Shown one piece after another: positions 1-8,835 of a stretch of 64,000 nt of DNA. Below the pieces are notes generated by a model. It did no database searches and had not been told where the DNA came from. It was given only the letters and a program-made list of their open reading frames with translations. This DNA is from an uncultured Planctomycetia bacterium (lineage in GTDB: Bacteria > Omnitrophota > Gorgyraeia > 2-02-FULL-51-18). Position 1 is the stretch's first letter; every line of letters begins with the position of its first letter. The stretch lies in the NCBI GenBank assembly GCA_964606485.1, contig CAZSGP010000001.1, forward strand, positions 353,085 through 417,084, in the 5' to 3' direction. Made by a program: the position numbers and the translations under genes.

Positions 1-1
1 T

Positions 2-337
2 GCCCCTAAGAACGTCGTTCCAGTAGAAAAAAAATTGTTTATAGATTTGATGGACGATCGGCTGGGTTTGGCGGGTGACAATATGCCTGAGAGATTTGAA
101 GGACTTGCCTTTGGGCCCGATTTCAAAGACGGAAGACATTTGCTTTGGGTTACAACGGATAATGATTTTGATGCTGTCGAGCCGACCACTATTTACGCGT
201 TTGCAATACCCCAAGCAGACCTTCCGGAGTACAAGCCGCAAAATTTTTCGAGTGGGGTGCGATGGATGTGGATGGGGTGCTTGGCTTTTTTGGGGTCGAT
301 GGTGTATGTGTTTTTTAAAAAGAGCAAAGATGAATAA
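2..337 (+). CDS. Hypothetical protein, C-terminal fragment (5' end outside window) with C-terminal transmembrane anchor
   Basis: The reading frame is open from the window edge with no upstream stop. A hydrophobic stretch WMWMGCLAFLGSMVYVFF is followed by a basic tail. No recognisable catalytic motif. Confidence 0.35.
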   Translation, partial: APKNVVPVEKKLFIDLMDDRLGLAGDNMPERFEGLAFGPDFKDGRHLLWVTTDNDFDAVEPTTIYAFAIPQADLPEYKPQNFSSGVRWMWMGCLAFLGSMVYVFFKKSKDE

Positions 338-355
338 ACTTTAGATGCTTGTTAT

Positions 356-384
356 TTGACAATCGATATAATATATGCTACTAT
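356..384 (+). promoter_or_regulatory. Candidate sigma70-type promoter (TTGACA-17nt-TACTAT) in AT-rich region upstream of pilin gene
   Basis: TTGACA at 356-361 and TACTAT at 379-384 with a 17 nt spacer, inside a 190 bp AT-rich intergenic region. A strong SD (AAAAGGAGAAAC) lies just before the ATG at 526. The implied 5'UTR would be ~135 nt. Confidence 0.3.
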
Positions 385-525
385 TTGAGTAATAGATGAT
401 AAACCTGTTAAGAACTATTGAAGAGAGAGAATGAACCGCCATCCTAATCATAGAAGGTCCTCTCTTAAACAGTTCCCGGCAGATTTTGGAATATAGGTTT
501 ATTTGTACAACAAAAGGAGAAACAC

Positions 526-897
526 ATGATTAAACGCAATAATAAGCTAGGTTTCACCCTAGTTGAAATTATGATCGTGGTTGCGATCATCGGTCTCTTG
601 GCAGCTATCGCGGTCCCGAACTTCGTTCAGGCTCGTAACAGCGCCCGTTCCAATAGCTGTATCAATAACCTCCGGTTAATTGACGCGGCCAAGGAACAGT
701 ACGCCATCGAAAACAATATCGCCAGCGGTGTGGCCACTAGCTCAACAAGCTGCACGGCTTATCTGAAGAACAACTCGTTCCCAGTTTGCCCGGGGACTAC
801 GACGGCTTATACGACAAACAACATCGGAACCTATCCTTCGTGCGCTATCTCGGGAACGGCTTCGGCCCAGACTCCCAAGAGCCATCGTCTGGATTAA
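526..897 (+). CDS. pilA: Type IV pilin / pseudopilin-like protein with prepilin-type N-terminal cleavage/methylation domain
   Basis: N-terminus MIKRNNKLGFTLVEIMIVVAIIGLLAAIAVP has a short basic leader, G|F cleavage site, Glu at +5 and a hydrophobic helix. The C-terminal half is Ser/Thr/Asn-rich with two Cys pairs (pilin D-region-like). Strong RBS. It lies upstream of pilMNOPQ. Confidence 0.85.
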   Translation: MIKRNNKLGFTLVEIMIVVAIIGLLAAIAVPNFVQARNSARSNSCINNLRLIDAAKEQYAIENNIASGVATSSTSCTAYLKNNSFPVCPGTTTAYTTNNIGTYPSCAISGTASAQTPKSHRLD

Positions 898-916
898 TTC
901 CGCTTTAGTTTAAAAC

Positions 917-2926
917 TTGATCCCCGCCGCTTTGAAACCCAAGGCGGCGGGGATTGTCTTTTTCCTCACCACATTCATTTTCACCGTTTATAGTTTTTCG
1001 CTTGGACATAATTTTTTATTCGACGAAGAGAACATTATCCTATTTAATCCTCTGGTGCGGGATTTGTCACATTGGCCACGAGTGTTTTCGAGCGGCTATT
1101 TCTCTGTTTTAAATCCAGGGGCGTCTCTCGAGTGGTCACAGTACTACCGGCCTCTAACTCTTTTAACCTTTCTTTTAAACTACGCCGTCGGCGGAACCAA
1201 CCCGCTCGGCTACAATCTCGTGAATCTTTTGCTTCACGTTCTTGTCAGCATCGGATTTTACTTCCTACTGGAAAAAATTTTTAAAAATAGAGCCGCTTGT
1301 TTTCTAGGGGCTATGCTTTTTGCGCTTCACCCGGTCCAAACCGAAGCGGTGAGCTATGTGGCTTCGCGGGGAGATCTGATGTGCGCTTTTTTCTTAGTTG
1401 CTTGCCTGCTTTTTTATTGGGAAAAAAAATATACCTTAGCGGTTTTGTGTTATCCGCTGGCTTATTTCTCAAAAGAGGGAGGGCTATTGCTCCCGCTTTA
1501 TCTCATTTTGTTGGACCGAAGCTTCTTTAAAACAAAGTTTAAGGATTTAGGATTTCGAATGATGCCTTATGCGGCGCTCGGGGCGGGCTACCTGATCTTG
1601 CGCCAGTTCTGGGTTTCGGTGCCGCTTGGGCCTGCCGATTCAAATGTGCTGGAAGGTTTAATGCGCGTGTTGTCTATGGGAAACGGTTTGATGAGCTATG
1701 CTCAAGCGATCATCGCTCCTCAGACTTTCAAATTCTGCGAGAGTCTCAATTTTTCATACGGCACCATCCAGCCGGTGATGGTTCTAACTGCTTTATTTTA
1801 CGGAGCGATTTTATTTTTAATGATTCGTCTCTGGAGACGCGGCGGATGGCCTCTGTTCGCGCTGAGCATTCCATGCATCAGTCTTTTACCGGCACTGCAG
1901 TTTGTGGAGATAGCGCCGCACTGGGCCGAACATTATTTGTATCTGACGATGATGGCGCTCGGTTTAGCGCTCGCCGGGGTATTTGCCACTATGAACATTG
2001 CCAAGAAATCGGCCGTTTATTTTTTAGTGCTTTCCATAGTGTTGGGATGGATAGGATTTTTAACTTACCGGACTATTGAGCGCAACCGCTTTTATGCGAG
2101 CCCCCGTATTTTTTATCACCGCCTGATTCTCAGTGACTCGCCGTATGCACATTTTGGTTTCGAAAATCTTGCACGGTACTGGATGGAAAGAAATGAGTGG
2201 GGGAGAGCGCTTGCCTATTTGAGGCCGGCACTTAAAAAATTCCCCGATTATGACAATATTCAGTTTAATGCGGGTCTCTGTGAATCGCGTTTGGGCAGGA
2301 CGAGTCTTGCGATTGAGTATTTCAAAGAAGCTTCCCGGCTAAATCCAAAGCTACCCATGTACTTGATGAATGCGGCCATTTTAGAAAAGCGCAGAGGAAA
2401 CTTTGCGGAGGCCGAAAAACTATTGCTTACGATCGAGCCGCAAATGAAAAATGAAAGTGTTTTTTATAGAAGTCTTGCGTCGGCGCTTGAGTTTTCTGGG
2501 AAGCCCAAAGAAGCTTTGGCGGTGCTTGCTAAAGGTTTGGAGCTGTCGACGCTAACACCAGACACCAAGACAGCGCTTCAAATGGAAATCATTTTGCTGT
2601 CGTTTCGTGAAGGCTGGTTCGAGGATATGAAGCAAAGCGTAAATCAGTTTGCGGTTGAACACAGAGGCGAGGATTGGTATGCGCTTGCCGGTCAACTTTT
2701 GTCGAACGAGATAGGCTTGGAAGAGTACCGCACCCAACTCTCCAGGCGCTATCCCGGCACAGAAGAGGCGAGCTGGCCCTATGTGCTCGCGACACTGACT
2801 CTTAAAAATGATAAGATTGGACTAAGTATTTTTTTGGAGCGCAATGCCAGTCGCATACGGTCCGAGTCTGAGGAGCCGGTTATTGTGGATAAATTTTTGA
2901 TTCAAGCCCGGAAAATTTTAGAATGA
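917..2926 (+). CDS. Membrane GT-C glycosyltransferase homolog of the TMTC / PMT_2 (DUF1736) family with C-terminal TPR repeats (paralog 1)
   Basis: N-terminal ~400 aa are polytopic membrane with the blocks GHNFLFDEENIIL, YYRPLTLLTF, NPLGYNLVNLLLH, VQTEAVSYVASRGDL and HYLYL. The C-terminal ~250 aa contain TPR-like repeats. Start is TTG at 917 (the track's M). The start overlaps a terminator-like hairpin, so the exact start is uncertain. Confidence 0.65.
   Translation: MIPAALKPKAAGIVFFLTTFIFTVYSFSLGHNFLFDEENIILFNPLVRDLSHWPRVFSSGYFSVLNPGASLEWSQYYRPLTLLTFLLNYAVGGTNPLGYNLVNLLLHVLVSIGFYFLLEKIFKNRAACFLGAMLFALHPVQTEAVSYVASRGDLMCAFFLVACLLFYWEKKYTLAVLCYPLAYFSKEGGLLLPLYLILLDRSFFKTKFKDLGFRMMPYAALGAGYLILRQFWVSVPLGPADSNVLEGLMRVLSMGNGLMSYAQAIIAPQTFKFCESLNFSYGTIQPVMVLTALFYGAILFLMIRLWRRGGWPLFALSIPCISLLPALQFVEIAPHWAEHYLYLTMMALGLALAGVFATMNIAKKSAVYFLVLSIVLGWIGFLTYRTIERNRFYASPRIFYHRLILSDSPYAHFGFENLARYWMERNEWGRALAYLRPALKKFPDYDNIQFNAGLCESRLGRTSLAIEYFKEASRLNPKLPMYLMNAAILEKRRGNFAEAEKLLLTIEPQMKNESVFYRSLASALEFSGKPKEALAVLAKGLELSTLTPDTKTALQMEIILLSFREGWFEDMKQSVNQFAVEHRGEDWYALAGQLLSNEIGLEEYRTQLSRRYPGTEEASWPYVLATLTLKNDKIGLSIFLERNASRIRSESEEPVIVDKFLIQARKILE
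919..961 (+). terminator. Intrinsic-terminator-like hairpin (GATCCCCGCCGC ... GCGGCGGGGAT + T-rich tail) just after the pilin gene, overlapping the first codons of the next ORF; possible attenuator
   Basis: An 11 bp perfect GC-rich stem with a 12 nt loop is followed by TTGTCTTTTT. It sits 22 nt after the pilin stop codon. Confidence 0.5.
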
Positions 2927-4956
2927 AAAAACCCGCCTTCCATCTCCACTATCCGCGTGTCACCGCTATCTTTGTTTTAACAATTCTTATTTTTTGTCTG
3001 TACAGTGTTTCGCTAGGACATAATTTTTTATTCGATGAAGATAATATTATTCTTCTAAACCCCCTCTTAAGAGACCTTTCTAATTTTCCGAAGCTTTTTC
3101 AGGTAGGGTTTTTTCAGCGCTTCGCTCCAGGGTCGAGCGTGCTGTGGAATGACTATTACCGGCCGTTGACGCTGGTGAGTTTTGCGCTGGATTGGCAGAT
3201 TTGGGGGTCGAATCCGCTAGGCTACAATCTCGTGAACACCGCGCTTCATTTAACCGTTTGCGCACTTTTATTTTTACTGCTTCATCGGATCACCAAGCAT
3301 ATCGGCGCGGCATTTTTGGGCGCCCTGCTTTTTGGAGTTCACACGATTCACACCGAGGCAGTGACTTACATTGCTTCTCGAAGTGATTTGTTTGGCGGCC
3401 TCTTTGTGATGGCGGCACTCTTGCTGTACTGGAGAGGACGGATGGCGCCGGTTTATGCGCTGTATGCGCTTGCGCCGTTCGCTAAAGAAAGCGGGCTTCT
3501 ACTACCTGTGTACCTTTTTATTTTGGATTTTTGTTTTGTCCGGACAAAGCTTCGGGATTTGGTGCGGCGATTTGCTGGGTTTGCCGTGATCGGTTTGGCG
3601 TACATTGTTTTTCGAAAGTACGGCACGGAAATTCCATTGGGGCCGGGGAGTATTAGTTCTCATGGGGGCCTCTTGCGGTTTTTATCGATGGGGCCGCCGT
3701 TTATCAGTTATCTGCAGGTGCTTTTAGCGCCTGAGGCATTCCGTTATTGCGACGGGATCTCGTTCGCGAAATCCTTTACCGATCATCAAGTGCTGGTTAC
3801 GGCTCAGATCCTTGCGGTTTTGGGGGCGGCTTGGTTTGCGGCGCTCCGGTACCGCGGAAGCGTTTTGTTTGGCCTTTCGATTTTTCTGTTTGCATACTTT
3901 CCAAGTCTGCAGATTATTCATTATTACCCGGAATGGGCTGAGCATTACTTGTATATTCCGCTGATAGGACTCATTATCATGCTTAGCACATTGTTTAAAA
4001 ATATTCTTGAACAGAAAAAAGCGTTTTGGGTGGGACTGCTTTTTTTAATTTACGTGCCCTTTACGGCATTTGTGAGTTTCCGGACGGTTCAGCGCAATCT
4101 GCTTTATAACGATGCTGAAAAGTTTTGCACCGCGCTCTCCCGAAGTCCGTCACCCTATTCGTACTACGGCTATATTAATTTGGCGCGGTTTTTGTGCGAG
4201 AAAGGCAAATGGGAGGAAGCTTACGTCCCGCTTAAGACGGCACTTTTAATTGAGCCGGAGTCAGAAGCCAATCACTACAATATGGCGCTTTACCACACCT
4301 ATAAGAAAAATTACGCCAAGGCCCACGAGTTTTTTAGAAAGGCCTACGATATTGGAAGCCCACAACAGCCCATTTATCTGCTCAACTCCGTGATCGCGCT
4401 CAATCGCTTGGAAAAATATCAAGAGGCGATCGATGAGCTTGAAACCGTCTACCCAAAGGTCAAAAACGAATGGACGGTTTATAAAAACTTCATGCGCTCT
4501 TACGAATTTATGGGAAACCCCAAGAAGGCACTGGAGTGGGGAAATATAGGAATCCAAGAAACCTCGTCAGACGTGTCCAGGCAAGCGGCGGTAATGGTGG
4601 AGATTGTTTCATTGGCTTATCGCCAAGGATGGGATGATGTCCTGACGGAATACTTAGACCAAATGATTCAAAAATTCCCCGATATGCCTTGGTACGCAGA
4701 TTTGGCCTTTTTTCTAAAAGGAAAGGTTTCGGTTGAGGCGTACGAGAAATTAGTGGCCGAGAAGTATTGGCCGTCGATCAAGGAATCACGGCACTATGTG
4801 CTGATGGCCTACGTGCTTCGAAAAGATAGGGCGGGGGCCCAGTCGTACCTCGACCGGTACCGTTCCGAAATCGAAAAGAACTCTAATGATGAAGTTTTGG
4901 TGAATCGAATGTTCGCTCGAGCGGAAAGGTTTTTAGCATCACATCCCGCCAATTAA
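2923..4956 (+). CDS. Membrane GT-C glycosyltransferase homolog of the TMTC / PMT_2 (DUF1736) family with C-terminal TPR repeats (paralog 2)
   Basis: Shares the same conserved blocks and architecture as the upstream gene (GHNFLFDEDNIIL, YYRPLTLVSF, NPLGYNLVNTALH, IHTEAVTYIASRSDL, HYLYI). ATGA overlap with the preceding gene. C-terminal TPR repeats. Confidence 0.7.
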   Translation: MKKPAFHLHYPRVTAIFVLTILIFCLYSVSLGHNFLFDEDNIILLNPLLRDLSNFPKLFQVGFFQRFAPGSSVLWNDYYRPLTLVSFALDWQIWGSNPLGYNLVNTALHLTVCALLFLLLHRITKHIGAAFLGALLFGVHTIHTEAVTYIASRSDLFGGLFVMAALLLYWRGRMAPVYALYALAPFAKESGLLLPVYLFILDFCFVRTKLRDLVRRFAGFAVIGLAYIVFRKYGTEIPLGPGSISSHGGLLRFLSMGPPFISYLQVLLAPEAFRYCDGISFAKSFTDHQVLVTAQILAVLGAAWFAALRYRGSVLFGLSIFLFAYFPSLQIIHYYPEWAEHYLYIPLIGLIIMLSTLFKNILEQKKAFWVGLLFLIYVPFTAFVSFRTVQRNLLYNDAEKFCTALSRSPSPYSYYGYINLARFLCEKGKWEEAYVPLKTALLIEPESEANHYNMALYHTYKKNYAKAHEFFRKAYDIGSPQQPIYLLNSVIALNRLEKYQEAIDELETVYPKVKNEWTVYKNFMRSYEFMGNPKKALEWGNIGIQETSSDVSRQAAVMVEIVSLAYRQGWDDVLTEYLDQMIQKFPDMPWYADLAFFLKGKVSVEAYEKLVAEKYWPSIKESRHYVLMAYVLRKDRAGAQSYLDRYRSEIEKNSNDEVLVNRMFARAERFLASHPAN

Positions 4957-4973
4957 GCGCTGTACTCTTTTTA

Positions 4974-7079
4974 TTGATTGCGGCGCAGTTTATTTATTTC
5001 AGGCTCAGCTTCATTCCATTTTTTAACCGAGACACGGTGCTGATGGGGGACATCAACACCTTTCATTATCTGATCAGCCTTTTCAATGCAGACGCGTACC
5101 GTCATTTTGAGATTCCTTATTGGAACCCGTACATTTTTTCCGGCATGCCTTGGTCCTGCGGCTTGGAAAACAAAGTTTTTTTCCTGCCCGAAATCATCGC
5201 CTCATTTTTTCCAGGGTTTTCCTACGGATTTTTAAAGTTTGAGCTTTTTTTCTTTATCTTCTTGGCAGGTTTAGGTGTGTTCGTGTGGGCTAAAAGCCTG
5301 AACACCTCGAATACCGCCGCTTTTTTTTCGGGAATCAGTTTTATGTCGTCGGGTATTTTTGTGGCCAACGCCGGACATTTTGGGCAGATCGTGGTTTATG
5401 CGCTCTCACCGTGGATTTTTTGGCTTCTTCAAAAGATGGTTGCTGCCCCGGAGCCTCGCTTGGCCATTGGAGCCGCTTTTTGTCTCACACTCGCACTCAC
5501 CGGAGGATACCCGGGCACAGTCATCGTTCTTTTATATCTAATAGGGTTTGTGATGGGGCTCTCGTTTTTTATTTCCAAGCACCCCAAGAAACTTTTTAAA
5601 ATTTATCTACTGTGGGGTTTATTGACCGCAGGTCTTTCAGCGGCTTTTTTACTGCCGGCATTATTCTTTTTTAAAGAGACGGTTCGCCATAACCTGACCC
5701 TTAGTTTCAAAACGATTGTGACGGAGCATGCGCTCGCGCCCGCCAATCTCTTATCTTTGCTTGCCCCAAGCCTTGCCACAAACACCCATTTTTTAGACTC
5801 CATCCCAGACGCCAATATTCTAATGAGCAATGTCTATATGGGAGCACTGGCTCTGCCCTGTGCGGCGGCCGCTTTTTTTTGGGATAAAAAACGCAGGCGC
5901 TTGATCATGATTATAATTTTTATTTCTTTGTTTTGCCTTCTTGCGGCGATGGGCGCACACACCCCGGTGAGACCCTGGATGTTTCATGCGTGGCCGTTGA
6001 TGGACAAAATCCGTCTGAGCTCATCCATTTTCAGAGGATTTTTTCTTCTCGGTTTTTGTCTCTTGGCCGGTTTCGGAGTGGATGCATTGATGGAGCTCAA
6101 AAACAGCTTTAAAAAATTCGGAATGCCTCTTATTTATGCTGTCGCCGGATTTTTAATTTTGAAATGGACTGTGAGTGGATCGGCGGTGTGGCCGGAAGTT
6201 TTGGGAGAATGGCACCACAGTCTTTTGATACTTTGTTTTTTTTGGCTCATTTTATTGGCTCTCGAGAGAAAAATTGTCGGGAAAACTGTATTTTTTCTGC
6301 TTGTCAGCGTGCTTTTAGTGGCCGACTTTTCTTACGCAGTCTCCAAAAATGATGCGGTGCTTTGGCAAAAGAACCCCGCGGCACTGGAGTGGATTGAGAG
6401 CCTTCAAAGTCAGAGAGACCGTTCATTTTCGGGCCTTCAAAATTTTCACCGCGAAAAAAAATATCCGCTAGATGATAATCTCACCCCTTTATTTTTTAGA
6501 GTGCGCTCCGATGGGGGATTTTTGGGGGGAGACGGAGGGGCTCAGCTTTTTTCATACGCGCAATTTATGAAAACGAAGGCGCACCGCATTTTAACCGATG
6601 GGCCGCAGGCTTGGTTTCTTTCGAAATTATGCCACCGGCAAAACGGGGAAGAGGTTTTGCGGGAGTTGGACCGTGATGATTTGAATCCGGAGGAGACAGG
6701 TTTCATTGTATTCAACTCAGACAAAAAAACAGAATACTCTTACCAAAAATCGCCGGAGCAAAGTTTTCGTATTTTAAAATATGGACTAAATAAAATTGTA
6801 TTTCAATATTCTTCACCGAACGAATGCTATCTTGTGTTAAACGAAGTGTATGACGATTCCTGGCGCGCGCGCTTCAAATCTAGCGGCCAAAGAATTCCCG
6901 TCGAGCGGGTAGACGCCATTTTGCGCGGCATGACTTTGCCAAAAGGGGAGGCTGTGATTGAGATGAGTTACGATCCGCCGATTCAAAAGGTCGGGATTTG
7001 GATGTCTTTAGCCACGCTCGCGGGCTTACTTGCCTTCTTTTTGTCAAATTTCAAAGGGCTGAGGCTAAAAAATGTTTGA
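4974..7079 (+). CDS. YfhO-like polytopic membrane protein (GT-C-type glycosyltransferase family) with C-terminal extracytoplasmic domain
   Basis: More than 12 predicted TM helices in the N-terminal 450 aa. C-terminal soluble domain ends with the YfhO-type motif VLNEVYDDSWRARFKSSGQRIPVERVDAILRGMTLPKGEAVIEM and a terminal TM helix. TTG start. Confidence 0.5.
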   Translation: MIAAQFIYFRLSFIPFFNRDTVLMGDINTFHYLISLFNADAYRHFEIPYWNPYIFSGMPWSCGLENKVFFLPEIIASFFPGFSYGFLKFELFFFIFLAGLGVFVWAKSLNTSNTAAFFSGISFMSSGIFVANAGHFGQIVVYALSPWIFWLLQKMVAAPEPRLAIGAAFCLTLALTGGYPGTVIVLLYLIGFVMGLSFFISKHPKKLFKIYLLWGLLTAGLSAAFLLPALFFFKETVRHNLTLSFKTIVTEHALAPANLLSLLAPSLATNTHFLDSIPDANILMSNVYMGALALPCAAAAFFWDKKRRRLIMIIIFISLFCLLAAMGAHTPVRPWMFHAWPLMDKIRLSSSIFRGFFLLGFCLLAGFGVDALMELKNSFKKFGMPLIYAVAGFLILKWTVSGSAVWPEVLGEWHHSLLILCFFWLILLALERKIVGKTVFFLLVSVLLVADFSYAVSKNDAVLWQKNPAALEWIESLQSQRDRSFSGLQNFHREKKYPLDDNLTPLFFRVRSDGGFLGGDGGAQLFSYAQFMKTKAHRILTDGPQAWFLSKLCHRQNGEEVLRELDRDDLNPEETGFIVFNSDKKTEYSYQKSPEQSFRILKYGLNKIVFQYSSPNECYLVLNEVYDDSWRARFKSSGQRIPVERVDAILRGMTLPKGEAVIEMSYDPPIQKVGIWMSLATLAGLLAFFLSNFKGLRLKNV

Positions 7080-7138
7080 AAGAATTAAGAAATTATTGCT
7101 AAACTATAGATAAGAGTTGGAACAAAAGGATAAAATTA

Positions 7139-8209
7139 TTGAAGAGATCTAAACAGAGCACCGTGGTTGGGCTAGACATCGGTGTTTCGTCCGTGAAGCG
7201 CGTTGACATTATCCGTGAGGACAAGTCGATACGTCTTGAGCGGGTCAGCGTTCTTCCTTTAGCAGATCCCACACCGGAAGCCCTTAAAAAGGTTCTAAGA
7301 ACTCTTTTCGAACCGCCAAAAGGCGTTTCACCGAAGGCCGCTAAAAAATTATTCAAACATGTCCGAATTTCGATTACAGGCCCATCTATTTTGATTCGCA
7401 GAGTGACGCTCCCCTTGATGAGTCGGATTGAATTAAAGGGTGCTATTCGGTTTGAAGCCGAAAACCATGTCCCGTTTCCGATTGACGACTGCGCTCTTGA
7501 TTTTCAAATTCTTAGCGAAAGCATCCCCGAAAAAACGATGAGTGTGTTGCTAGTAGCCGCCAAAAAAGATTACATCGAAGAGCGTTTACGGATCTTGTCA
7601 GAATTTTATATTTTCCCCGAACTTGTCGACGTGGATATTTTTTGCCTTGCGAATGCGTTTGAAATTTTAGGGGAAAGAAGCGAGCATAAAACATATGGCC
7701 TTATGAATATTGGTCATGAATCCACGTCCTTCACGATTATTCGTGATAAACAACCCTACTACGTCCGCGATGTGAGTCTTGGCAGTAAAGAAATTACGAA
7801 GTTTATTATGGAAACGAAGGGTATGGACGAAGCTCAGGCGGAAGAATTTAAAACCACCCGGCCAGCCGCCGATGCGCTGACAAATCCGGAGACGCTGGAC
7901 GCCTTAAAGACGGCCACTCAAAAAGGGTATGAAGCGCTGACAGAGGAAATCCGTACGTCCATTAGTTACTATGAAGAAGAGGTGGGTGAATCACTAGCTC
8001 AAATCTGGATGAGCGGCGGCGGGTCCATGGCTCACGGCGCGGCAGAGGTTTTTGCGGAAGCGCTCGGAAAATCGGTCCAAACTTGGGACAACACCAAAAA
8101 ACTTGAAATATTCAAAGATGTGGACCAGGCGTTTTTGACGAGCCGCGCCCCCGAGCTCAATATTGCGCTCGGGTTAGCTCTGCGCGATTTGACGGGGTCA
8201 TCGTCATGA
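7139..8209 (+). CDS. pilM: Type IV pilus assembly ATPase-fold protein PilM
   Basis: N-terminus VVGLDIGVSSVKRV (actin-like fold) and PilM-like length and order, followed by pilN/O/P/Q. TTG start with an upstream AAAAGGA. Confidence 0.85.
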   Translation: MKRSKQSTVVGLDIGVSSVKRVDIIREDKSIRLERVSVLPLADPTPEALKKVLRTLFEPPKGVSPKAAKKLFKHVRISITGPSILIRRVTLPLMSRIELKGAIRFEAENHVPFPIDDCALDFQILSESIPEKTMSVLLVAAKKDYIEERLRILSEFYIFPELVDVDIFCLANAFEILGERSEHKTYGLMNIGHESTSFTIIRDKQPYYVRDVSLGSKEITKFIMETKGMDEAQAEEFKTTRPAADALTNPETLDALKTATQKGYEALTEEIRTSISYYEEEVGESLAQIWMSGGGSMAHGAAEVFAEALGKSVQTWDNTKKLEIFKDVDQAFLTSRAPELNIALGLALRDLTGSSS

Positions 8210-8835
8210 TTCTTGTCAACCTCCTCCCGGAAAATTTACGGTTGTCCGGCGAAAGTAAGTGGAAGTTTTTACAAAACCCGCTTATTAAAGGGGTTCTTTC
8301 AATTGTTGTTCTGTTTCTGGCCGGACAAATCTTTTTGACAATCTTTGCCGGTTACCGTTTCGCGGAATTGGGGCTGGTTAAAAAGCAGGTTGCAGATTTA
8401 ACGGAGATGAGCAAGGGGTTGTCGGCGCGCAAGACTCAAATTGCGGATTTAAATCTAAAGTTGAAAGCGATTGACGCCTTAACGCAGCGAACATTTTTCT
8501 GGTCCTCTTTTTTAAATGGAATGAATCAATGTCTGACAAAGGGAATTTGGTTGACGGGTTTCTCTATAGGGGATGGCCCTACATCCGGAGCCGTGGGTAG
8601 AGACAAGAAGCCTTCGAAGCCTGCAAAGGTGCTAAAACTTGAGGGGAGCGCGGTGGCGCCTCCCGGTCAAGAAACAGCGTATGTTGCCCGTTTTATCAAG
8701 GAGCTTAAAAGCGGTCTGGTTCTAGGTGAGTTGTTTGAAAAGGCGGAGCTCTTAACGATTAATCAGAAGAGAATCAAAGATGTGGATGTTTACGATTTTG
8801 TCGTCAACTGCACCTTCAAGAAGGATAAGTTTTAA
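8206..8835 (+). CDS. pilN: Type IV pilus assembly protein PilN
   Basis: N-terminus ILVNLLPE matches the INLLP motif. Single TM, coiled-coil region and a periplasmic domain. ATGA overlap with pilM. Confidence 0.7.
   Translation: MILVNLLPENLRLSGESKWKFLQNPLIKGVLSIVVLFLAGQIFLTIFAGYRFAELGLVKKQVADLTEMSKGLSARKTQIADLNLKLKAIDALTQRTFFWSSFLNGMNQCLTKGIWLTGFSIGDGPTSGAVGRDKKPSKPAKVLKLEGSAVAPPGQETAYVARFIKELKSGLVLGELFEKAELLTINQKRIKDVDVYDFVVNCTFKKDKF

Noticed and set aside
440-525. Possible sigma-54 (-24 GG / -12 GC) promoter upstream of the pilin gene, as in many type IV pilin genes
   Set aside because: No convincing TGGCAC-N5-TTGC match. Only loose GG...TTTG spacing near 495-515.
4974-7079. Alternative reading of the YfhO-like protein as an ArnT/PMT-type (GT39/GT83) enzyme
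   Set aside because: No clear N-terminal DE catalytic motif and lipid-A/Dol-P-Man binding loop pattern could be recognised by eye. The C-terminal NEVYDDSWRARF...motif fits YfhO-type proteins better. Left as YfhO-like with moderate confidence.
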